This document shows, piece after piece, positions 55,863-62,212 of a stretch of DNA of 64,000 nt. Under the pieces are notes generated by a model. The model did not search any database. It had not been told where the DNA came from and saw only the letters and a list, made by a program, of their open reading frames with translations. The position numbers and the translations under genes were made by a program. Numbering within the stretch: position 1 is the first letter of the stretch; each line of letters opens with the position of its first letter. Origin of the DNA: Eubacteriales bacterium (GTDB lineage Bacteria > Bacillota > Clostridia > Oscillospirales > CAG-272); NCBI GenBank assembly GCA_045587025.1, contig JAZNBK010000059.1, positions 20 to 64,019 of the forward strand. Direction: 5' to 3'.

Positions 55863-56399
55863 TTAATTTTCATCTATAAAGCTCTTGAATTGTCTGTTTT
55901 TATATAACAGGCAAATAAGAAAAATTTCTAAAGGGGCTATCAGCAGATAAAGAGGAATTCTCCACAGCACGAGAATTCCGTAAAACTGAAACAGTCCTAT
56001 CGGCTTTATTATCATAGAGCCGACAATATGAGCAAAGGCGCCCGAGAGGATAATTCTCTTATACGGGCTCTTTTTACTGAAAAATCTGCCGAGAGTACCC
56101 GACACAACTCCGACGGACATAGCGCCGAGAGTTACTATAAGGTTCGGCGGAAATATCTGAGGGGAGAGAAGATAGCTTATAAGGTCGGTAGCGACGCCGA
56201 CGAGCCCACCGGCAATACCCCCGAAGGCGAGCCCCGAAATAATAATTGGCAGATTTTCAAAGGTTACCCTGAAAAGCCCTGTGCCGAAATTAAGAAAGCT
56301 CTTGCAGAAAATTCCTATCACGACGCTCATTGCGGTAAGCACGGCGCAGAAGTCGAGCGCTTTTACGCTTTTAAATAGCTTTTTTTCGTTCTTTTTCAT
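55863..56399 (-). CDS. folT: ECF-transporter S component, folate family (178 aa)
   Basis: Start moved to the ATG at 56397-56399 (MKKNEKKLFKS...) after GAAGGGAGGA. Six-TM small S-component profile. Sits behind a THF riboswitch and upstream of folC. Confidence 0.7.
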   Translation of the reverse strand: MKKNEKKLFKSVKALDFCAVLTAMSVVIGIFCKSFLNFGTGLFRVTFENLPIIISGLAFGGIAGGLVGVATDLISYLLSPQIFPPNLIVTLGAMSVGVVSGTLGRFFSKKSPYKRIILSGAFAHIVGSMIIKPIGLFQFYGILVLWRIPLYLLIAPLEIFLICLLYKNRQFKSFIDEN

Positions 56400-56471
56400 A
56401 AAAAATCCTCCCTTCGTCATCATAAGGCGAAAAGAGGAAAAATTTATCAAAAGATAAACTATGCAGTTTTT

Positions 56472-56575
56472 GCCGTATGAAGCGAGATGCAGAACGAAGC
56501 GGGATATCCCGTCCCGAATGACAACTCTCCGTTCATTCGGGAAAAAGCGTTGCTTTTTCGTTCTTACTCTTCATA
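56472..56575 (-). ncRNA. THF (tetrahydrofolate) riboswitch
   Basis: Minus-strand RNA: AUGAAGAGUAAGAACGAAAAAGCAACGCUUUUUCCCGAAUGAACGGAGAGUUGUCAUUCGGGACGGGAUAUCCCGCUUCGUUCUGCAUCUCGCUUCAU. P1 is AUGAAG/CUUCAU, P2 is AGAACGAA/UUCGUUCU, P3 is CCCGAAUGA/UCAUUCGGG, plus hairpin CGGGAUAUCCCG. The AGAGUA...UGCAUC..GCU layout resembles the E. siraeum THF aptamer, and the folT context fits. Confidence 0.7.
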
Positions 56576-56603
56576 TTAAAAATTTAGCTATGCTACGAAG
56601 GTA

Positions 56604-56632
56604 ATTATAGCACAGTCATACATCTTTTGCAA
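56604..56632 (-). promoter_or_regulatory. Sigma-A type promoter for the THF riboswitch-folT-folC unit
   Basis: Minus strand reads TTGCAA, a 17-nt spacer, then TGcTATAAT. Confidence 0.6.
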
Positions 56633-56644
56633 TAGTTTTTAATG

Positions 56645-56683
56645 AAAAAACAGGAGCCGCAAACCGAAAAGCGAAGCTCCTGT
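56645..56683 (-). terminator. Rho-independent terminator after the 56706..56996 gene
   Basis: 8-bp stem ACAGGAGC/GCTCCTGT followed on the minus strand by TTTTTT. Confidence 0.7.
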
Positions 56684-56705
56684 TATTAGATAAGATGACA
56701 TCCGA

Positions 56706-56996
56706 TCATCTGCGCGCTTTATTAAAGAACGCGCCGAGACAAACGAGCATAATAGCGAGCGGTATTCCGCACGAGTAAGAGAAAATTCCTCTTTCAATTC
56801 CGCCAACCACTCCGAGCGTGAACACAAGCGCCGTCATAAAGCAGACAACCGACAGAGCGGCGAGGAGCGACGAGTCAGAGAGCGCTCTGCAAATACGCAG
56901 GATAAGCTCCGCAAAATAATCGCGGTAACCGACATCAGACGCGTCGAAGCAGGCGCGTTCCCTTTCATAATTCATATATTTACCGTTTCTATCCAT
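56706..56996 (-). CDS. Small two-TM membrane protein, unknown function (96 aa)
   Basis: ORF 56706..57044 trimmed to the ATG at 56994-56996 (MDRNGKYMNYERERACFD...) after AAAGGAGAAAAT. Two C-terminal TM helices. Divergent from the XRE-S24 repressor gene. Confidence 0.6.
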   Translation of the reverse strand: MDRNGKYMNYERERACFDASDVGYRDYFAELILRICRALSDSSLLAALSVVCFMTALVFTLGVVGGIERGIFSYSCGIPLAIMLVCLGAFFNKARR

Positions 56997-57044
56997 AACC
57001 GTTATTTTCTCCTTTCGGTTAGCGTTTTTTCCATTTATGGACAA

Positions 57045-57073
57045 ATTATATCACGATTTTTCCATTTTGTCAA
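57045..57073 (-). promoter_or_regulatory. Consensus sigma-A promoter for the small membrane protein gene
   Basis: Minus strand reads TTGACA, a 17-nt spacer, then TGaTATAAT. Confidence 0.65.
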
Positions 57074-57124
57074 TACTTTTTTGCCATTTTTTATAAAAAA
57101 CTTAAAAAATTTTTCCAAAAAGGG

Positions 57125-57153
57125 TTTACAAAGCGAATTTAATGTGATACAAT
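57125..57153 (+). promoter_or_regulatory. Sigma-A type promoter for the XRE-S24 repressor gene
   Basis: TTTACA, a 17-nt spacer, then TGaTACAAT. Confidence 0.6.
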
Positions 57154-57193
57154 AAAGTCGGAAAAAATTATTATTGATGAAAAGGAGCTGCAT

Positions 57194-57943
57194 ATGAGCT
57201 TTTCAGAGCAGGTAAAAAAGGTAAAAGCCGAAAAGGGCATTACCAACGAAAAATTGAGCGCAAGATCGGGCATCCCCTTTAGCACCATAAATAAAATTCT
57301 CTCAAACGATGAAGCAAATCCGAAGCTCGACGTCGTTATTGCTATTGCAGTCGCGCTTGAATGTCCGATAAGCTATCTTATCGACGGCGAGGGCGATTTT
57401 GTAAATCAGTCTCTTTCTGAGGAGGAGAGAGCGCTCGTTTGCGCTTATCGTAATCTGGACAGTCACGGCAAGGAGCTTGTCGAGCTGGTTCTTAAGAAGG
57501 AAGCCGAGCGACTTGCACAAAAAAGCGAGAAGCCCTCTGCGAGAATTCTTACGTTATCCGAGAGCAACGACGTCCGCTATCGCCGACTTCCCATCTTCGA
57601 CCTTCCTGCGTCTGCCGGCTCGGGCTTTTTTCTCGACGGGGATAGCGCGGAGGAGCTTGAGATAAAGGTTACGAGGACCTCTGCTCTTGCGGATTTTGCG
57701 CTTCGCATAAGCGGCGACAGTATGGAGCCCCGCTTTAAAAACGGCGACCTGCTTCTCGTCAAGGAGCAAAAGGAGCTTGAATACGGAGAGCTTGGCATAT
57801 TTATAGGCGACGGCGAGGGCTTCTTCAAGCGCTTTATGGGCGATTGCCTGCGTTCTCTTAATCCGAAATACAAGGATATACCTCTTTCGAGCTTCACAAG
57901 CTTCCGTTGCTGCGGAAGGGTAATCGGTCAGCTTCCAAGGTAA
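57194..57943 (+). CDS. LexA/CI-like repressor: XRE HTH plus S24 self-cleaving peptidase domain (249 aa)
   Basis: N-terminal HTH_3 (KGITNEKLSARSGIPFSTINKILSNDEANPKLDVVIAIAVAL). C-terminal S24 domain has the Ser motif RISGDSMEPRFKNGDLLLV and the Lys region GEGFFKRF. Confidence 0.8.
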   Translation: MSFSEQVKKVKAEKGITNEKLSARSGIPFSTINKILSNDEANPKLDVVIAIAVALECPISYLIDGEGDFVNQSLSEEERALVCAYRNLDSHGKELVELVLKKEAERLAQKSEKPSARILTLSESNDVRYRRLPIFDLPASAGSGFFLDGDSAEELEIKVTRTSALADFALRISGDSMEPRFKNGDLLLVKEQKELEYGELGIFIGDGEGFFKRFMGDCLRSLNPKYKDIPLSSFTSFRCCGRVIGQLPR

Positions 57944-57997
57944 CGCCTTATATTATTTCGAGGGCTATAGCCCCGACATTATGAAAGGAACTTTGCT

Positions 57998-58696
57998 TTG
58001 TCCCGTAAAAAATGCTTTCTCGCCCTGCTTGGAAGCGCTATCCTGGCATTTGGGCTTTGTCATATTCATTCGTATTCAAAAATAACCGAGGGGGGCGTGC
58101 TTGGTCTTACCCTGATTATGCAGAACAAGCTTTCTGTTTCTCCCGCCGTCAGCGGAATGGTTATGAACGTTCTCTGTTATCTTTTCGGTATAAAGACGCT
58201 CGGTCGGCGTTTTCTCGCCTATTCCGCCGTTTCCACCGCGGGATTTTCGCTTTTCTACGCCTTCTTTGACTGCTTTAATCCGATTTTCCCTTGGCTCTCT
58301 CAAGCGCCGCTTGCCGCCGCGCTTCTCGGCGCACTTTTCGTCGGTGTCGGCGTGGGGCTTTGCGTTCGTGTCGGCGGTGCGCCCACGGGTGACGATGCGC
58401 TCGCTATGGGGCTTTCGAGGGTTTTGCGACTTGATATTCGTCTTATATATTTCGTCTCCGACGTTGCGGTCCTGGTGCTCTCGTTGTCCTACATTCCGCT
58501 CGACAGAATACTTTATTCGCTGCTTTCGGTGACGGTATCAACTCAGCTCGTCGGGCTTGTTTCACAGCCCCCGAAGAAAAAATCGCAAAAAAAGGCGGGC
58601 AAAGGCGAAGCCGTGTGGGGCGAAGGTGAAGAAGCGAGTGGCGGAGCGGAGAAAAGCGAACCGGAGAGAAGCGATACCTCTCGACCTACGGCTTAA
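57998..58696 (+). CDS. YitT/YczE-like integral membrane protein with a low-complexity C-tail (232 aa)
   Basis: LALLGSAILAFGLCHIHSYSKITEGGVLGLTLIM is YitT-like. Five or six TM helices. TTG start at 57998 with AAAGGA 8 nt upstream. Confidence 0.55.
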   Translation: MSRKKCFLALLGSAILAFGLCHIHSYSKITEGGVLGLTLIMQNKLSVSPAVSGMVMNVLCYLFGIKTLGRRFLAYSAVSTAGFSLFYAFFDCFNPIFPWLSQAPLAAALLGALFVGVGVGLCVRVGGAPTGDDALAMGLSRVLRLDIRLIYFVSDVAVLVLSLSYIPLDRILYSLLSVTVSTQLVGLVSQPPKKKSQKKAGKGEAVWGEGEEASGGAEKSEPERSDTSRPTA

Positions 58697-58746
58697 TAGA
58701 AAATTAAGAAAATTTTCATAATTTGGCATTTTTGCTAAAAAATATA

Positions 58747-58775
58747 TTGACCTTTTCGTTTTTTTATGATATTAT
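58747..58775 (+). promoter_or_regulatory. Sigma-A type promoter for the lysine riboswitch unit
   Basis: TTGACC, a 17-nt spacer, then TGaTATTAT. Confidence 0.6.
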
Positions 58776-58783
58776 GTAAGTAT

Positions 58784-58998
58784 CAGCGATAGAGGCGCGG
58801 TCCTTAAGAGTAGGCGCAGATACGGTCGGATAACCGAGCGCGCGAAAGGAATGACCGCCGAAGAGGTGAAAAATATCCGTTTTTCATTTTCTGGGCATAG
58901 GCAGAATATGCTTATGACTGTCACATTGGTGGAGCACTATCCTTATACTGTACTAAAAGCGGTTGTGGGAGTGTTTACCATGACCGCTTATTAATTTT
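58784..58998 (+). ncRNA. Lysine riboswitch (L-box) with terminator
   Basis: Conserved L-box blocks in order: GATAGAGGCGCG, AGAGTA, GAAAGG, GACCGCCGAAG, CTGG, ACTGTCA, GGTGGAGCACTATC. Then the terminator stem AAGCGGT/ACCGCTT followed by ATTAATTTT, just before the SD. Confidence 0.88.
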
Positions 58999-59011
58999 GG
59001 AGGATTTAAAA

Positions 59012-60646
59012 ATGAAAAAGAATCTGGCAAAGGCAATTGTCATCGCAATTCTTTTGGCGCTCGTAATTCTTTGCGCTGTTACGGTCAGCACTTCGGTAGA
59101 AGATGCTCCTAACCGTTATTACGCGACCATCGTATCACTTTTGCCCCCCGTTGTTGCAATTGTGCTCGCATTGGTCACGAAAGAGGTTTATTCCTCACTC
59201 TTCGTCGGTGTCCTGCTCGGCGGCATTTTTGCTGCAAACTGGAAGCCGATTGCCGCTGTTGACGTCTTTATGAACGAGGGCGTTATCGCCGCAGTTTCAG
59301 GCACGGCGGGAATTTTCGTATTCCTTGTAATTCTTGGAATTATGGTAGCTCTCGTAAACAAGGCGGGCGGATCTGCCGCATTTGGAAGATGGGCAGAGGT
59401 ACATATTAAGACAAGAGTAGGCGCGATGCTCGCAACGTTCGTTTTAGGCGTTTTGATTTTCATTGATGACTACTTTAACTGTCTCACCGTCGGAAGCGTT
59501 ATGCTCCCCGTTACAGACAGACACAAGATTTCCCGCGCTAAGCTTGCATACCTGATTGACGCAACGGCTGCGCCTATTTGTATGATTGCTCCGGTTTCTT
59601 CCTGGGCGGCTGCGGTTTCCGAGTTTGCAGAGGGAACGGGTTATTCGGGCATTGAGCTTTTCGTTCGCGCTATTCCTTATAACTTCTATTCCTTGCTCAC
59701 TCTCGTTTTCGTTATTGCGATAGTAATTATGAAGGCGGACTTCGGTCCTATGAAGCTTCACGAAATGAATGCGCTTGTAAACGGAGATCTCTACACCAGC
59801 GGAGAAAAGGTTAACGTTGTTGCCGACGCATCGGAGGGCAATAAGAGAGGAAAGGTAATCGACCTCATTTTCCCCGTTCTCACACTCGTTGTTATTTGTG
59901 TATTAGGTTTGATTTACGTTGGCGGCTTCTTTGGCATTGACGCTTGGGGCGGCGCTGACTTTAAGGGCGATTTCGTAGGCGCATTTGGAAACACCGACGC
60001 TACTATCGGACTGCCTTGGGGCGCTATGCTTGCTCTCATCATTACGATTATTTACCTTATGGTGAGAAGAATCGTTACCTTCAAGGAGGCAATGGAATGT
60101 GTTCCGAAGGGATTCCTTGCAATGGTACCTGCGATTCTCATTTTGACCTTTGCGACTGCGCTTAAGAATACGACCGGACTTTTGGGCTCTGACGATTTCG
60201 TAAAAGAGCTTCTCGCATCCGCAGGTCAGCTCGACAAGTTCCTGCCCGCTATCATCTTCCTCGTTGCTTGCGTGCTTTCATTCTCTACGGGTACGTCCTG
60301 GGGAACGTTTGGAATACTCATTCCTATCGTTGCGGCTATCTTCGAGCCCGACAGCATATACCTGATTATCGGTATGTCTGCCTGCCTCGCAGGCGCGGTT
60401 TGCGGCGACCATTGCTCGCCTATCTCGGATACGACGATTATGTCCTCCGCAGGCGCTCAATGCAACCACCTCAACCACGTTTCAACCCAGATTCCTTATG
60501 CGATTACGGTTGCTGCAATTTCGTTTGTAATGTATCTCATTTCCGCATTCATTACGAGCGCATACATTCTGCTTCCTATCGGAATAGTTCTCACGGTTGG
60601 AACTCTCTACGTGCTTAAGCTCGCTTCTGCAAAGAAAGCAAAATAA
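59012..60646 (+). CDS. NhaC-family transporter, probable lysine-regulated amino-acid transporter (544 aa)
   Basis: Start moved to ATG 59012 after TTGGAGGA. 11-12 TM helices with an NhaC-like profile (DDYFNCLTVGSVMLPVTD, GDHCSPISDTTIMSS). Sits behind an L-box. Confidence 0.8.
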   Translation: MKKNLAKAIVIAILLALVILCAVTVSTSVEDAPNRYYATIVSLLPPVVAIVLALVTKEVYSSLFVGVLLGGIFAANWKPIAAVDVFMNEGVIAAVSGTAGIFVFLVILGIMVALVNKAGGSAAFGRWAEVHIKTRVGAMLATFVLGVLIFIDDYFNCLTVGSVMLPVTDRHKISRAKLAYLIDATAAPICMIAPVSSWAAAVSEFAEGTGYSGIELFVRAIPYNFYSLLTLVFVIAIVIMKADFGPMKLHEMNALVNGDLYTSGEKVNVVADASEGNKRGKVIDLIFPVLTLVVICVLGLIYVGGFFGIDAWGGADFKGDFVGAFGNTDATIGLPWGAMLALIITIIYLMVRRIVTFKEAMECVPKGFLAMVPAILILTFATALKNTTGLLGSDDFVKELLASAGQLDKFLPAIIFLVACVLSFSTGTSWGTFGILIPIVAAIFEPDSIYLIIGMSACLAGAVCGDHCSPISDTTIMSSAGAQCNHLNHVSTQIPYAITVAAISFVMYLISAFITSAYILLPIGIVLTVGTLYVLKLASAKKAK

Positions 60647-60661
60647 AGCGAAAAATGAAAC

Positions 60662-60698
60662 AAAAAAGACCGTTACCCGAGAGGTAACGGTCTTTTTC
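60662..60698. terminator. Bidirectional rho-independent terminator
   Basis: 10-bp stem GACCGTTACC/GGTAACGGTC flanked by AAAAAA and TTTTT. Lies between convergent genes. Confidence 0.85.
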
Positions 60699-60742
60699 TA
60701 CGCTCGTGGCGATTTTTCACGCCGTGAATAAGGTGAGCCGGG

Positions 60743-61738
60743 TTATACGGTGGCGAGCTCTGCCTGCTTGCTCGTCTTCTTTTTTCTTTGGCGCGAGGAG
60801 CGCTTTGCGTTTCTGCGCTTGGTCCTTTGCGCTTCGTTTTCTTCAAGACGGCGGATATATTCCGCTGCGTCCTTTTCTTCCGCTAAAACGACCGTCTTTC
60901 TCGCGCGCCAGGTTTCGTCGAAGTTCTTGTGCATTTTTATCTGTAAAAACATATCGCCGTGCTCTTTGCAGTTGAACAGGGTGAGATATCTGTGCCCCTT
61001 GCTGTGCAGCGTTTGGTTCTTCGCCGTCAAGGGCGAGCTGCATTTAGGGCAGGCGGTGAGAGTGGCGAACTCTTCCGCAAAAAATTCGGAGAGCTCCACG
61101 TAGCCGTCCTCGCCGATATTCGAGTCGCCGTAGGTCTCGTCGAGGAGGAAGTTTTCTTCGTGAGAGTGGTAGCTCGCTATCCCCTCCGCCATGTTGAGCT
61201 TTTGAGCAACTAAGGCGGTGAAGTACGCGTCGTTCAGCGCATCGTGTGAGGGGAGCGTTTGTGTAATATCGAAATGCTCCATTGCGAACTCGAGCGAGCG
61301 CTGCTGCTTGCTCTTATCGGTCTGCGCGTTAAAAATGTTTTGCAGGTCGTAGACGTTATCGAGCCAGTCGGTATTTATAGCGTGTATCGCCAAATTTTCT
61401 TTTAACATTGGGATATCGTCGGGGCCCCAGGTGAAGAAGGCGAAGTCCTCTCCGCACCACTCACGGAAGCGCTCTATTGCAAACTCGAGCGGAGTGCCCA
61501 TATCTATCATTTCCTGAGTAATTCCCGTCAGGTCTCGCACGTGTCGGTGTATCTTGCAGAAATATTGCGGCTTCACCAAAACGCTGAAGCTGCCGCATAT
61601 GTTGAGCGCCTCGTTCATCATAACGGCGCCGATTTGAATGACCTCTCCTCTGAGGCGCGCGGAAAGACGCTTCTGCACGGCGATCGCCTTTTGCACGTAC
61701 GCCTGGTTCCACTCAAGGTCGAGCATAATATATTTCAT
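60743..61738 (-). CDS. DEDDh 3'-5' exonuclease domain protein with C-terminal zinc-ribbon region (331 aa)
   Basis: Exo I MLDLEWN, Exo II IQIGAVMM, Exo III SHDALNDAYFTALV. C-terminal CPKCSSPL...CKEHG and a basic tail. Confidence 0.75.
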   Translation of the reverse strand: MKYIMLDLEWNQAYVQKAIAVQKRLSARLRGEVIQIGAVMMNEALNICGSFSVLVKPQYFCKIHRHVRDLTGITQEMIDMGTPLEFAIERFREWCGEDFAFFTWGPDDIPMLKENLAIHAINTDWLDNVYDLQNIFNAQTDKSKQQRSLEFAMEHFDITQTLPSHDALNDAYFTALVAQKLNMAEGIASYHSHEENFLLDETYGDSNIGEDGYVELSEFFAEEFATLTACPKCSSPLTAKNQTLHSKGHRYLTLFNCKEHGDMFLQIKMHKNFDETWRARKTVVLAEEKDAAEYIRRLEENEAQRTKRRNAKRSSRQRKKKTSKQAELATV

Positions 61739-61809
61739 ATAAAAACTCTTTCTATATCAAGAAAGCCGCCGAAGCTTGACGGCAATTCGTTTTTGCATAA
61801 CGCAATTAT

Positions 61810-61838
61810 ATTATACTTTATTTACGCGTGTTTGTCAA
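61810..61838 (-). promoter_or_regulatory. Consensus sigma-A promoter for the exonuclease gene
   Basis: Minus strand reads TTGACA, a 17-nt spacer, then TATAAT. Confidence 0.6.
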
Positions 61839-61860
61839 TAGCCAAGTCAAAACAAAAGCG

Positions 61861-62130
61861 AGGGCAAAAACGCAGAAAAAGGGTTGAAAAGCGAAAAAAA
61901 GCAAAAAAAACGAAAAAATTTAAAAAATTTAACAAAAAATCGAGTGATTTTTGGTTTTTGGGGAATTGCTCCCAAAAAATCCACCAAAAACAATAAAAAA
62001 TGGTGAAAAAATCTCAGTAAAATCTAAAAACAAAAGCAAAGTGGAGATTAAAAGAAGCAAAAAATCACGAAAAAACGCCAAAAAACGCCAAAAAAGAGCC
62101 AAAAAAGCGAAAAACAAGCGTAAAAATAAC
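61861..62130 (+). repeat. Array of about 25 A-tracts phased at ~10 bp (array C)
   Basis: In the 10-column sequence print the A-runs line up block after block: agggcaaaaa cgcagaaaaa gggttgaaaa gcgaaaaaaa gcaaaaaaaa cgaaaaaatt ... cgaaaaaacg ccaaaaaacg ccaaaaaaga gccaaaaaag cgaaaaacaa gcgtaaaaat. The array ends 10 bp before the -35 at 62140. Confidence 0.8.
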
Positions 62131-62139
62131 CAACGTTCC

Positions 62140-62169
62140 TTGACAAGCATATGTTAAATAGTGTATAAT
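62140..62169 (+). promoter_or_regulatory. Sigma-A type promoter for the type III glutamine synthetase gene
   Basis: TTGACA, an 18-nt spacer, then TATAAT. SD is TAGGAG, 9 nt before ATG 62213. Confidence 0.65.
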
Positions 62170-62212
62170 CAACCTATAAAATAGAAAAATACGCTTTAAT
62201 AGGAGAAAACAT

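Noticed and set aside
56706-58696. Possible prophage or mobile element around the CI/LexA-like repressor
   Set aside because: No integrase, recombinase, terminase, capsid or att-like direct repeats were seen within several kb. The flanks are housekeeping genes (folT/folC, a lysine-regulated transporter).
61951-62157. Lys-rich small ORFs in the A-tract arrays (61951..62157, 49030..49230, 50102..50305, 50076..50291)
   Set aside because: AAA/AAG-rich translation is an automatic by-product of A-tract DNA. They have no SD, overlap promoters, and share similarity (MPK..., KPQNR) that reduces to shared short A-rich words.
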